Shown piece after piece: positions 15,928-25,032 of a stretch of 48,559 nt of DNA (its first letter is position 1; every line of letters starts with the position of its first letter). The position numbers were made by a program, and so were the translations under genes. Source of the stretch: Chloroflexota bacterium (GTDB lineage Bacteria; Chloroflexota; Anaerolineae; Anaerolineales; UBA11657); NCBI GenBank assembly GCA_003670425.1, contig QWRL01000001.1:1-48559 (forward strand), given 5' to 3'. Under the pieces are notes generated by a model. That model had not been told where the DNA came from, made no database searches, and saw only the letters and a program-made list of their open reading frames with translations.

Positions 15928-16550
15928 TGCGCGGGCTGGTTACGCCGCGCCCGGTGCAGCGCCTTGTAGATGAACTGTCCCGCTTGCCCGGCATTGGACC
16001 CAAGTCTGCTTCGCGCCTGACATACTTTATGCTGCGCGCGCCGGAAGAGCAGTCGCGGGCGCTGGCCGATGCGCTGCTGGATCTAAAGGCGGGCACGCGC
16101 CTGTGCAGCAGCTGCTACAACATCACCGCTGCCGAGGTGGACCCGTGCTTCATTTGCGCATCTGCAGAGCGCGATGCGGGTGTGCTGTGCGTTGTGGAGG
16201 ATCCGCTGGATGTGGCAGCGCTGGAACGCACGCGCGTGTTTAACGGCCACTATCATGTGCTGCATGGGGCCATCTCACCGATTGACGGCGTGGGGCCGGA
16301 TGACCTGCGCATCCGCGAGCTGATAGACCGCGTGCGGCGCGGCAGCGTGCGCGAGGTGGTGCTGGCAACAAACCCAAACCTGGCCGGCGAGGCAACTGCA
16401 ATGTATCTGCACCGGGTGCTGGCATCCCTGACCCCAAAAGTTACCAAGCTGGCGCGCGGCCTGCCGATGGGCGGCGATGTGGAGTATGCGGACGAGACGA
16501 CTCTGGCACGAGCGCTGGAGGGACGTTCGGACATGTCGGCGGCACAATAA
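15927..16550 (+). CDS. recR: recombination protein RecR
   Basis: 207 aa. LPGIGPKSA helix-hairpin-helix, C4 Zn finger C..C....C.IC, Toprim VVEDPLDV...G.YHVL. TAATG overlap with ybaB. Confidence 0.93.
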   Translation: MRGLVTPRPVQRLVDELSRLPGIGPKSASRLTYFMLRAPEEQSRALADALLDLKAGTRLCSSCYNITAAEVDPCFICASAERDAGVLCVVEDPLDVAALERTRVFNGHYHVLHGAISPIDGVGPDDLRIRELIDRVRRGSVREVVLATNPNLAGEATAMYLHRVLASLTPKVTKLARGLPMGGDVEYADETTLARALEGRSDMSAAQ

Positions 16551-16578
16551 CTTTTGTGCGCGGCAGCTGGGTAGTGTT

Positions 16579-16597
16579 GCGGGTAACCCGCTGTTTT
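16579..16597 (+). terminator. weak candidate terminator after recR
   Basis: GCGGG-TAA-CCCGC hairpin followed by TGTTTT. The stem is short, so confidence is low. Confidence 0.3.
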
Positions 16598-16673
16598 GGC
16601 CTATTTTCTTGGGCAGAAAATTGGATTGAGCGTGTTTCTCCAACTACGGGCTTCAATCGGACCAACGCCGCTA

Positions 16674-16702
16674 TTTACAATAATTGCGTTCGGCGGTAAT
16701 AT
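16674..16702 (+). promoter_or_regulatory. sigma70-type promoter of rpsF-ssb-rpsR (TTTACA-17 nt-TAATAT)
   Basis: TTTACA 16674-16679, 17-nt spacer, TAATAT 16697-16702, in an AT-richer island. Predicts a roughly 95-100 nt 5' UTR before the rpsF ATG at 16807. Confidence 0.55.
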
Positions 16703-16806
16703 TGGGGTCTGCGAGTAATCAATTCAAACTCGCTTTCCGTTCCAATTAGGCGTACTCCCCGTGCGTTGAAAGGGGCCATGACCGTGGAAAGTAGGAGCTG
16801 TAACAA

Positions 16807-17214
16807 ATGAGAAATTATGAGCTGGCCGTGGTGTTGAACCCGGAGCTGAGCGATGACGCTTTGACCACACTGCAAGGCAAAGTGGCGGACTGGATTGCTG
16901 CTGCCGGTGGTGCGGTTGTCCGCTTGGATTACTGGGGCCGGCGCCGGCTCGCATATCCCATCGGCAAAAAGCGCGAAGGTGCGTATGTATTTTGGTATGT
17001 ACAGATGCCGCCCGATGCGCCGGCGGTTGTGGAACGAAAGCTGCGCATTGAAGAGGATGTGATGCGCTTTTTGTTTGTGCGCCATGAAGAGATGCCGGCG
17101 GCGCCGGTTGTGGCCGTGGCGGGTGGAGAACCGGGAGGCCGTGTGGGTGCTGCAGAGCCGGTGCTGGATGCGCTGAAACCGGGAGTGGATGAGCCGGACG
17201 CAGCCACGGCTTAG
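16807..17214 (+). CDS. rpsF: 30S ribosomal protein S6
   Basis: MRNYELAVVLNPELSDD...W.....G..V......G.R.LAYPI.K...G.Y. 135 aa with a C-terminal extension. GGAG RBS. Confidence 0.93.
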   Translation: MRNYELAVVLNPELSDDALTTLQGKVADWIAAAGGAVVRLDYWGRRRLAYPIGKKREGAYVFWYVQMPPDAPAVVERKLRIEEDVMRFLFVRHEEMPAAPVVAVAGGEPGGRVGAAEPVLDALKPGVDEPDAATA

Positions 17215-17235
17215 CGGAGCACAAGAGCAGCGGTT

Positions 17236-17643
17236 ATGACCCGCGGCTTGAACAAGGTGATGCTGATTGGGCGGGTGGGTGCGCAGCCGGAGCTGCGCCA
17301 CACGCCCGGCGGACAGCCCGTCACTTCCTTCCGGCTGGCCACCACACGCACGTGGATGAGCACGCAAGGCGAGCACAAGGAAGAGACTGCGTGGTTTACG
17401 ATAGTTGCCTGGGACAAGCTGGCCGGGGTATGTGCGGAGTTTCTGCAAAAGGGACGCCAGATTTATATTGAGGGCCGCTTGCAGAATAAAGAGTGGACCG
17501 GCAAAGACGGCCTGCAACATATGCAGGTGGAGATTGTGGCGCGCGAGATGCTGCTTTTGGGCGGCGGCGCCGCTGGCAATGCCGATGTGGATCAGTTGGA
17601 GCAGCCTGCGTCAATGGATGCGGGCGATGAGTTTCCGTTTTAG
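17236..17643 (+). CDS. ssb: single-stranded DNA-binding protein
   Basis: LNKVMLIGRVGAQPELRHTPGGQPVTSFRLAT, OB fold, Gly-rich linker, acidic tip DAGDEFPF. Confidence 0.93.
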   Translation: MTRGLNKVMLIGRVGAQPELRHTPGGQPVTSFRLATTRTWMSTQGEHKEETAWFTIVAWDKLAGVCAEFLQKGRQIYIEGRLQNKEWTGKDGLQHMQVEIVAREMLLLGGGAAGNADVDQLEQPASMDAGDEFPF

Positions 17644-17666
17644 AGATTTAGGGCGGGAGAGCAATT

Positions 17667-18026
17667 ATGGCTTATCGAGAATCTAATCGCAGTGAGGGTC
17701 GGGGCGGCCGGGATGACCGGCGGCGGCCGCCGCGTTTCTGCTACTTTTGCAGCAACAAGGTCAACAAGCTGGACTACAAAGATGTGGATGTGATTGTGCG
17801 CTTTTTGAACGAGAGCGGCAGCATTCAACCGATGCGCCGCAGTGGCACTTGTGCGCTGCATCAGCGCATGCTGGTGGAGGCGGTGAAGCGTGCGCGCCAC
17901 ATGGCGCTGCTGCCGTTTGTGGGGCGGGTGGCCCGTCCCCGCACCGAGCAGCCGGAAGGCCGCTGGGAGTCGCGCGGCCGCGAGCGCAACACTGAGGCCC
18001 CGCGCGAAGCGTACCCTGAGGAGTAA
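17667..18026 (+). CDS. rpsR: 30S ribosomal protein S18 (with Arg/Glu-rich N- and C-terminal extensions)
   Basis: Core CYFCSNKVNKLDYKDVDVIVRFLNESGSIQPMRRSGTCALHQRMLVEAVKRARHMALLPF. 119 aa. Confidence 0.93.
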   Translation: MAYRESNRSEGRGGRDDRRRPPRFCYFCSNKVNKLDYKDVDVIVRFLNESGSIQPMRRSGTCALHQRMLVEAVKRARHMALLPFVGRVARPRTEQPEGRWESRGRERNTEAPREAYPEE

Positions 18027-18096
18027 CTCCGGCGCCGGCTGCTTGAGCGGCCCCGGCTTAGCAGTGCTGCCGCAGCACTTTTAGAACACCCCTACC

Positions 18097-19287
18097 ATGG
18101 CCAAGCAACCTGTAAAGATTCCAATTGTTCCGGTGCGGACCACGCTCAAACGTGGCTGGGGGGAAGCCCAACTGCAACAAGCCTTGATTGGCTTTGCGCT
18201 GCTTGTGGTGGCGCTGGTGGTGGGCCTGGCGGGCTACGGCGCACTGGATGAGTATGTGCTCGTGCCGCGCCGGGCTGTCGCCACGGTCGGGCAATCCGCA
18301 ATCAATATGCTTAGCTTTGAAAAATCAGTGCGCTACAAGCGCTGGCAGCTGGTGAATGAGTTTCAGGCTTATGCCCAAATTTTGCAAATGATGGGCAACC
18401 AGCCGCAGTATGCAGAGCGCCTTAAGCAGCTCGAGCAGATCCTGACCGATGCGCCCGGCTTGGGGCGCCAAGTGCTGGCTGCCATGGTGGATGATGAACT
18501 TGTGCTGCGGGAGGCTGCGCAGCGCGGCCTGGCTGCAAGCGATGCCGAAACTGATGTCGAGATGCGCAACATGTTTGGCTATGATCCGAATGCTGTGCCG
18601 CCAACACCCATGCCGGCACCCACCAGCGACCCGGCGGTGACGCCGACTGCCGGTCCGTCGCCCAGCCCGCAGCCCAGCCCCACTCCGTACACCGCGGACG
18701 CGTATCAAAAGAACCTCGGCGAATTTCTTGCAAAGATTTTGGAGCAGACCGGCCTGACGGAGGCTGACTTGCGTGCGCGGCTGCAGGTGCGGGTGTTGGC
18801 ACGCACGGTGCGCACGGCGCTGACCGCAAGCGTGGCAACCGCAGAAGAACAGGCGCATGCCCGCCATATTCTGATGGCGCTGGACAAGAAGGTGGAGGCG
18901 GAAGCCGTACTGCAGCGCGCGCTGAAAGGCGAGGATTTCGCCACCTTGGCGGCAGAGTTTTCCACTGACAGCAGCAACGCAAAGACGGGCGGCGATCTGG
19001 ATTGGTTTACGCGCGGCATGATGGTGGCGCCGTTTGACAAGGCTGTGTTCGAGGCCAGCGTTGGGCTGGTCCCCACGCTTGTGCAGACTGATTTTGGCTA
19101 TCACATCATCGAAGTGCTGGGGCGCGAGGTGCGCCCACTGGCGCCAGCCCTGCTTGAAGAGCGCCGCGATGCCACCTTCAATGACTGGCTTACGCTGCAG
19201 CGCACTGCGCCGGAAGTGAAGCAGCTTGACTGGTGGGTGCCGCGTGTGCCGACGACTCCGGCACTGACCGCAGACGCAGTCCCTTAG
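18097..19287 (+). CDS. membrane-anchored parvulin-type peptidyl-prolyl isomerase (PrsA/SurA-like)
   Basis: 396 aa. N-terminal TM (LIGFALLVVALVVGLAGYGAL), SurA-N-like helical region, PT linker, PpiC domain ARHIL...A..GEDFA.LA.EFS.D..S...GGDLDWF.RG.MV..F....F......V..T.FGYHIIEV. Confidence 0.85.
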   Translation: MAKQPVKIPIVPVRTTLKRGWGEAQLQQALIGFALLVVALVVGLAGYGALDEYVLVPRRAVATVGQSAINMLSFEKSVRYKRWQLVNEFQAYAQILQMMGNQPQYAERLKQLEQILTDAPGLGRQVLAAMVDDELVLREAAQRGLAASDAETDVEMRNMFGYDPNAVPPTPMPAPTSDPAVTPTAGPSPSPQPSPTPYTADAYQKNLGEFLAKILEQTGLTEADLRARLQVRVLARTVRTALTASVATAEEQAHARHILMALDKKVEAEAVLQRALKGEDFATLAAEFSTDSSNAKTGGDLDWFTRGMMVAPFDKAVFEASVGLVPTLVQTDFGYHIIEVLGREVRPLAPALLEERRDATFNDWLTLQRTAPEVKQLDWWVPRVPTTPALTADAVP

Positions 19288-19468
19288 CAAGTTCGCGCAC
19301 CGAGCGCGAGCTGACATCACCCTGGGCGCAAGCAAGTTGCGCTGCGCACGGATTTTTGTTCCAAACCTGCTCGGCCCTATTCACAAGAAACCCACAATTT
19401 CCGCGTCATTCCCCCATTCTTTTCCGGGTTTGGATGAGTAGACTTTCACCCATAACGGGGAACCATTG

Positions 19469-19987
19469 ATGAAAGTAACAGTCACATCGCGCACAAAGAT
19501 GAAAATCTTTATAGACATCCTGATCTTTACAGGGTTTTTGGTTGCGTGGGATCCGCGCTCAACCGGAATTGCCATCCATGAATGGCTCACAATCGGCGGG
19601 ATTGCGGCGCTTGTAATTCATCTGCTTCTCAGCTGGAGCTGGATTGTGGAAATTGGCGCGCGCTTCTTCGGCGTGCTGCCGCCGCGCACACGCTTCAACT
19701 ACATTTTGAATTCGCTTTTGTTCATCGATATGACCTTGATCATGTTTACCGGAATCATGATTTCGCAAAAGTTTATGCCGTTCTTGGGCATTGTGGTTGA
19801 GCGAAATCCGATTTGGCGTGGAGTGCATGATGCCACATCAAATCTTTTTGTGTTGCTGCTGGGAGTGCATCTTGCATTGCACTGGGGTTGGATTGTGCGC
19901 GTCAGCAAGCGGTACTTGATGGAGCCGGTGGCGGCGCTGCTGGGCATCACGGGAGCAGCAGTGCAGCAGCGGGAAGCGAAGCCATGA
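19469..19987 (+). CDS. DUF4405-like four-TM membrane protein, putative di-heme b-type cytochrome
   Basis: 172 aa (the track ORF starts 1 codon earlier at a TTG). 4 predicted TM helices. His38/His52 in TM2 and His121/His135 (plus His139) in TM4, both pairs at i/i+14. Markedly lower GC (about 43-45% in three 60-nt lines counted) and A/T-ending codons, unlike the neighbours. Confidence 0.6.
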   Translation: MKVTVTSRTKMKIFIDILIFTGFLVAWDPRSTGIAIHEWLTIGGIAALVIHLLLSWSWIVEIGARFFGVLPPRTRFNYILNSLLFIDMTLIMFTGIMISQKFMPFLGIVVERNPIWRGVHDATSNLFVLLLGVHLALHWGWIVRVSKRYLMEPVAALLGITGAAVQQREAKP

Positions 19988-20376
19988 AGACGCTGGCGCG
20001 CGTTGCTGCCATCCTGTTGGCTGCCGTGAGTGTGGCGGGCGTGGCGCTTGCGCTGCAGGCGGCGTTTGGTTTTGGGCAGAGCGGCGCAAATTTTGGCGAG
20101 CGCGCCGGGAATGTGGCCGGCCACCGGGTCGAGCGCTTCATGTCCGCCGCGGAAGCGCAACTTGAACTTGAAGGTGCTTCGGACCAGAGTACTGCGCGCG
20201 GGCCAAGGCAGCGGCTTGACGGTGAAGGTGGCGGTAATTTTCTGGGTGCGATCGGCGGCTTGTGCCTCGTGGGCGGAATTATGGTTGCGGTGATGGAAGT
20301 GGAGCGCCGGATTGTTGCGCGCCGGCGAGCAGCCAAGTCTGCGGTGAGAGTGGACTTGGCGTCCGGCGCCAGCTAA
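19984..20376 (+). CDS. hypothetical small membrane protein (signal/anchor plus C-terminal TM)
   Basis: 130 aa from ATG 19984 (MKTLARVAAILLAAVSVAGVALA...), ATGA overlap with the preceding stop. Second hydrophobic segment NFLGAIGGLCLVGGIMVAVM followed by a basic tail. High GC3. No recognisable family. Confidence 0.5.
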   Translation: MKTLARVAAILLAAVSVAGVALALQAAFGFGQSGANFGERAGNVAGHRVERFMSAAEAQLELEGASDQSTARGPRQRLDGEGGGNFLGAIGGLCLVGGIMVAVMEVERRIVARRRAAKSAVRVDLASGAS

Positions 20377-20471
20377 GCAGATTGCGCAGCTGATGGCGCT
20401 TTAGTAAACTGTGAATGCGCTTGCGCGAGTGATGCAGGAACAGGCGCAGCAGCCCGCAAGCGGGCAAAAGC

Positions 20472-23400
20472 TCAGGGCTTGGCTTTGCCTTCCAACTTTA
20501 AGCTGATCACCTGGCTGGCGCTGTCTGCGCCCATCGTAATGCCGTACACCGTGTCGGCCACCTCCACTGTCCGCCGGTTGTGAGTAATGATCACAAACTG
20601 GGTGGTCTGGCTCAGCTCTTCAACCAACTCGCGGAAGCGTTCCACATTGCTGTCGTCCAGCATTGCATCCACTTCATCCAGCAATGCAAAGGGCGTGGGG
20701 CTCACGCGCAGCAGCGAGAATACCAGCGCGCACGCAGTTAGCGAGCGCTCGCCGCCGGAGAGCAGCGCAAGCCCCTGCTGGCGGCGGCCGGGCAGCTGCG
20801 CCAAAATTTCGACGCCGGTGTTGGCGATGTCGTTGGGCTGCGTGAGCTCGATGCGCGCGCTGCCGCCGTTGAAGAGGCGCTTGAATGTGAGCTGAAACTC
20901 CGCTGCCACGCGCTCGAATGTTTTGTTGAAGTCGCTCTCCATCAGAACATCGAGCTCCGCCACAATTTCGCGCAGCTGGCTGCCGGCTTGGTTTAAGTCC
21001 GCCACCTGGTCTTGCAGCTCCGTATGGCGGTCGCGCACTTCGGTGTACTCGCGCAGCACATCCGGGCTGATGCCGCCCAGGCGGCGCACCTGCGTGCGCT
21101 GGCGATTGAGCGCGTCTTCGATCGCGTCGGGCAGCACATCTACTGCCTCCAGTTCAACAGCCAGTTCATCAAAGCCCGGCCCAACGCCGGGTTCCTGTTC
21201 ACTTTGCTCAAAGTCCAGCAGCGAGAAGTCCGCGCGCACGCGCTCCTGCAGTGCGGCTGAGTCGTTTTGGCGGCGCTGCAGTTCCAGCTGTGCGTCGGCA
21301 TTGTCACGCTCGCTGGATGCGAGGCTGGCGCGCGTCTCGCTTTCACTTGTTTCGGTGAGCCCAAGCTTTTGCTCGGCCTCAGCCAGCTGCGCTTCAGCCG
21401 GGTCAATCAGCGTTTGCAGCGCACCCACAGCGTGCTGGCAGGCGGCCATGCTGGCGCGCAGCGCAGTTTGCTGCCCGGCCACTTCAGTTTGGTCGGAGGC
21501 CAGCTGCGCCCCAGCCAGCGCGCGTGTGCCGCGCTCTGCCTGCACGCGCTGCAAGTCCAATTGCAATTCGCTGCGGCGCGTGTCGGCATCTTGCTGCGCG
21601 CGTTCCACCACAGCCAGTTCGGTGAGCTGGATGTTGAGCAGTTGGGCCGGATCCTCGCTGTCAAATTCGAGCAGCTGCGCGGCGAAGACGCGCGCGGAGT
21701 GCTCGGCAGCTGCCAGCGTGGCAGCCAGCTGCTCCAATTGCAGTTCGCCTGCGCTGCTGGCGCGCGTCAGGCGCGCCTGCTCTTCATTCAGCGCTGTCAG
21801 CTGGGTGCGTACCAGCTGCAGCGCCGCCTGAGTGCGTGCGCGGGCGGGGCTGCGGTCTGCTACTTCTTGCTGTGTGCGCTGCTCTGCCTGCTGGGCGGCG
21901 TTGCGTGCGTTGCGCGCGGCCAGCGCAGCCTGCTGCGCTGCTTGAAGCGCGCTGGCCTGCTTTGCGGTTTGCTCTGTGCAGCGCGCCAATTCTTGTGTGG
22001 CGTTTGCAGTGCGTTCGGGCAGCTCGCGGGCTTCGCGTGCCAGTGCCAAAGCTGCGCCGCTCTGCGCAATGCCCACCACAACCATGCCATCGGCCGTGTA
22101 TAGCTCGCCGCTTGCGGCCACGGCCGCAGCGCCGGATGGCAGGCGCAGTGCCGCTGTGGCTGCGCTGGCTGCATCACGGCAGAGCAGCACGCGCCCCAGC
22201 AGCAAATCCACCGCGGGCCGGTATTGCGGATCACAAGTCACAACGCGCGCGGCCCAGTCAATTGCGCCGTCCGTGGCGGGAATCTCCAGCGGGGCGGGCG
22301 GGCGCAGCGCTTGCAGGGGCAGCAGGGTTGCGCGTCCGCCGGCACCTTGCAAGACATGTGCTGCCTGCTGCACAGCAATTGCATCGGTAACAATCGCGGC
22401 GTGCAGCGCGCTGCTGAGCGCAGCTGTGATTGCCATGTCATATTCGGCAGGCACCTGCAGCACATCAATTAAATCGGTGAGGTAGGCGGGCAGGGCGCCG
22501 TTGGCGGCGGCGCGGCGCAGGCGTGCCCGGCCGGAGGCCAACTCATCTGCGGGCGCGGTTTCCTGGCGCAGCACCTCGGAGCGCGCCAGCAGGCGCTCAC
22601 GCCGGGCCACAAGCTCGGCGGCTTGCGCGCGCAGCGCAGCCAGCTGTTGTTCGGCTGCTTGTACGCCATGCTCGGCAGCATCTGCCGCAGCTTCCGCAGT
22701 GCTGCGGGTGGCTGCGGCCGCCAGCAGCGCCTGGCTGTCCGCGCTGACGGCTTGCTCCTGCGCTGCCGCCTGCGAAGCCGCCGCCTCAAGCTCCGCCTGG
22801 CGCAGCTCTATTTCTGCGCGCAGTGCGCTGCGGCGCTCGCCACGATTGCGCTGCTCCGCTGAATACCCGGCTTGTTCGCGGCCGGTGTTGTTGGCTTGCA
22901 GGCGCATTTCTTCCAGTTGTTGTTCCAGCGCGCTGCGCTGCGCGCCGCGTTCGCCTTGCGCAGCACGCAATTCTTCCAAGCGCTGCTCCGCCGCAGCGCG
23001 CTGTGCGGCCATGGCTTGCAGTGCATTTTCTGCTGCCTGTACCGTGCTGGTCTGTGCTGCAAGGGTGGCATCCAGCGCAATCAGCTCTGCCTGCAAGGCC
23101 TGGGCTTGCTGTGCAATGTTGCGCGTGCGCTCTTCGCTCACAGCCAGCTGGCGCATATGCTGCTCCACTTCGCTGTGCTGGTGCGCTGCTTCGCGGTGCC
23201 AAGAGTTGATCTGCGCGCGCTGCGCGCCGATTGCCGCCCGCAATGCGCTCAAGTCCGTGTCGCGCGCGGTCTGGGTGCTGCGCCGGTCGCCCACCGTCTT
23301 TGCAGCGCCAGTGGCGCGCAGTTGTGCGGCTGCCGTGGCGGCTTGCGCTGCTTGCCAGTGAAAGCCGTACCAGACGCGCAACGAGGCACGGAATGCCGTT

Positions 23401-24059
23401 GTTACCGTTTGCAGCTCACTGGCGCGCTGCGCCTGACGCTCCAGCGCGCGCAGGCGCGGCCGGATCTCCGCCAGAATATCCTGCAGGCGCTCCGTGTTGC
23501 GCGCGGTTTGTTCCAGCTTGCGCAGTGCGTCCTCGCGTTTTTGTTTGTACACCCCAATGCCGGCCGCTTCTTCAAACAGCGCGCGGCGTTCCTCGGCTTT
23601 GAGCGAGAGCGCGGTGTCCACCAGCCCCTGGCCCACTACCGTGTAAGTGCGCTGCGCCAGGCCCACTTTTCCGAGCAGTTCTGTTATGTCGCGCAGGCGC
23701 GTCTTCTGGCTGTTGAGGATGTACTCGTTCTGTCCGTCGCGGTAGGCCCGGCGCATCAGCGAGACTTCGCTGAACTCAATCGGCAGCCACTGGTCGGCAT
23801 TGTCAAAGATGACGTTGGCGCTGGCCATGCTGGAGCGCGGCCGCAGCGCCGAGCCGTTGAAGATCATGTCTTCCGTTTTGCGCCCGCGCAGCAGCGAAAA
23901 GGATTGCTCGCCCAGCACCCAGCGCAGGCTGTCGGCGATGTTGCTCTTGCCTGATCCGTTGGGGCCGATGATGCAGGTGATGTTGCCGAACTCGAACTCG
24001 GTGCGCGTTGCAAAGGTTTTGTAGCCTTGCAACTCCAGACGCAATAGGCGGCGGGGCAT
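20472..24059 (-). CDS. smc: chromosome partition protein SMC
   Basis: 1195 aa from ATG 24059 (MPRRLLRLELQGYKTFA...GPNGSGKSNIADSLRWVLGEQS). Long Ala/Gln/Glu coiled coils, a hinge, C-terminal LSGGERSLTACALVFSLL, LLDEVDAMLDD. The 45 upstream aa in the track ORF were rejected. Confidence 0.93.
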   Translation of the reverse strand: MPRRLLRLELQGYKTFATRTEFEFGNITCIIGPNGSGKSNIADSLRWVLGEQSFSLLRGRKTEDMIFNGSALRPRSSMASANVIFDNADQWLPIEFSEVSLMRRAYRDGQNEYILNSQKTRLRDITELLGKVGLAQRTYTVVGQGLVDTALSLKAEERRALFEEAAGIGVYKQKREDALRKLEQTARNTERLQDILAEIRPRLRALERQAQRASELQTVTTAFRASLRVWYGFHWQAAQAATAAAQLRATGAAKTVGDRRSTQTARDTDLSALRAAIGAQRAQINSWHREAAHQHSEVEQHMRQLAVSEERTRNIAQQAQALQAELIALDATLAAQTSTVQAAENALQAMAAQRAAAEQRLEELRAAQGERGAQRSALEQQLEEMRLQANNTGREQAGYSAEQRNRGERRSALRAEIELRQAELEAAASQAAAQEQAVSADSQALLAAAATRSTAEAAADAAEHGVQAAEQQLAALRAQAAELVARRERLLARSEVLRQETAPADELASGRARLRRAAANGALPAYLTDLIDVLQVPAEYDMAITAALSSALHAAIVTDAIAVQQAAHVLQGAGGRATLLPLQALRPPAPLEIPATDGAIDWAARVVTCDPQYRPAVDLLLGRVLLCRDAASAATAALRLPSGAAAVAASGELYTADGMVVVGIAQSGAALALAREARELPERTANATQELARCTEQTAKQASALQAAQQAALAARNARNAAQQAEQRTQQEVADRSPARARTQAALQLVRTQLTALNEEQARLTRASSAGELQLEQLAATLAAAEHSARVFAAQLLEFDSEDPAQLLNIQLTELAVVERAQQDADTRRSELQLDLQRVQAERGTRALAGAQLASDQTEVAGQQTALRASMAACQHAVGALQTLIDPAEAQLAEAEQKLGLTETSESETRASLASSERDNADAQLELQRRQNDSAALQERVRADFSLLDFEQSEQEPGVGPGFDELAVELEAVDVLPDAIEDALNRQRTQVRRLGGISPDVLREYTEVRDRHTELQDQVADLNQAGSQLREIVAELDVLMESDFNKTFERVAAEFQLTFKRLFNGGSARIELTQPNDIANTGVEILAQLPGRRQQGLALLSGGERSLTACALVFSLLRVSPTPFALLDEVDAMLDDSNVERFRELVEELSQTTQFVIITHNRRTVEVADTVYGITMGADSASQVISLKLEGKAKP

Positions 24060-24069
24060 GCGCTTTGCC

Positions 24070-25032
24070 TCAGGCAGCCAGCAGCTGCTGCAAGGCGGGC
24101 AGGTCGGCGGGTGCGCCCAGTGCGTAGCGCGCGGCGGCACTGTCAATGCGTTTGAGCAGCCCGCACAGCACGGTGCGCGGGCCCAGCTCCACAAAATTCT
24201 TTACGCCGGCTGCCAGCAGCGCCTGCATGCTTTCGGTCCAGCGCACTACCGCCGTCAGCTGCGCTTGCAGCTCCGCACGCACGGCGGGTGCATCGCGCAT
24301 TGCTGCGGCGCTGGTGTTGGCAATCACGGGCATGTGCGGCGCCTGCATGGGCGTGGCAGCCACCACGGCGGCGTACTCATTGCCCACAGAGGCCATCAGC
24401 GGCGAGTGGGCGGCCACAGAGATGTTGATGGGCAGCACGCGCTTGAAGCCGGCAGCGCGCAGCAGTTCCGTGGCGCGCTGCAGCGCCGCCACATGCCCGG
24501 ACATTACCACCTGCCCCGGACAGTTGTCGTTTGCCAGCGCCACGGGCTGGCCGCTTTCAGCGGTGGCTTGGGCGCAGATGGCGTGCACCACAGCGGCAGC
24601 GGCACCCACCACGGCAGCCATGCCGCCGGGCTGGCGTTCGCCTGCAAGCTGCATCAGGCGGCCGCGCTCACGCACCAGCTGCAGGCCATCTTCAAAACGC
24701 AACGCCCCGGCTGCAGTCAGCGCTGTAATTTCCCCCAGCGAGTGGCCGGCAGCAAATGCCGGCTGCCAGCTGCCGGCTTGCTCCTGCAGCGCGGCCAGCG
24801 CGGCAAGGCTGCATACATACAGCGCGGGCTGCGTGTTGTGGGTTGCGTTCAGTTCGGCTTCGGGTCCTTCCCAGCACAGGCGCGAGAGCGGCTGGTGCAG
24901 CAGGTCATCCGCGGCTGCAAACACAGCGCGTGCGGCGCGTGAGCTTTGCGCCAGCTCCGCACCCATGCCCACATACTGCGAGCCTTGGCCGGGAAACATG
25001 AAGGCGGTGGAACTGCGGGAGAGCGAATTCAT
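24070..25032 (-). CDS. fabD: malonyl-CoA:ACP transacylase
   Basis: 320 aa from ATG 25032. AFMFPGQGSQYVGMG, GHSLGEITAL, NDNCPGQVVMSG, SVAAHSPLM. Confidence 0.92.
   Translation of the reverse strand: MNSLSRSSTAFMFPGQGSQYVGMGAELAQSSRAARAVFAAADDLLHQPLSRLCWEGPEAELNATHNTQPALYVCSLAALAALQEQAGSWQPAFAAGHSLGEITALTAAGALRFEDGLQLVRERGRLMQLAGERQPGGMAAVVGAAAAVVHAICAQATAESGQPVALANDNCPGQVVMSGHVAALQRATELLRAAGFKRVLPINISVAAHSPLMASVGNEYAAVVAATPMQAPHMPVIANTSAAAMRDAPAVRAELQAQLTAVVRWTESMQALLAAGVKNFVELGPRTVLCGLLKRIDSAAARYALGAPADLPALQQLLAA

Noticed and set aside
16675-17520. 281-aa minus-strand ORF across the rpsF leader, rpsF and ssb
   Set aside because: Antisense to two universally conserved genes. No motifs.
20923-23954. 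Several 280-360-aa + strand ORFs inside smc (20923..21831, 21267..22103, 22501..23361, 22872..23954)
   Set aside because: Ser/Ala/Cys/Arg low-complexity shadows of the Ala/Gln/Glu-rich coiled-coil coding frame.
20472-24059. SMC as part of a defence system (Wadjet/JetC-, Lamassu- or RecN/SbcC-like)
   Set aside because: The length, hinge and head motifs and the fabD-smc context match the canonical condensin SMC. No JetA/B/D, kleisin, nuclease or other partner genes flank it.
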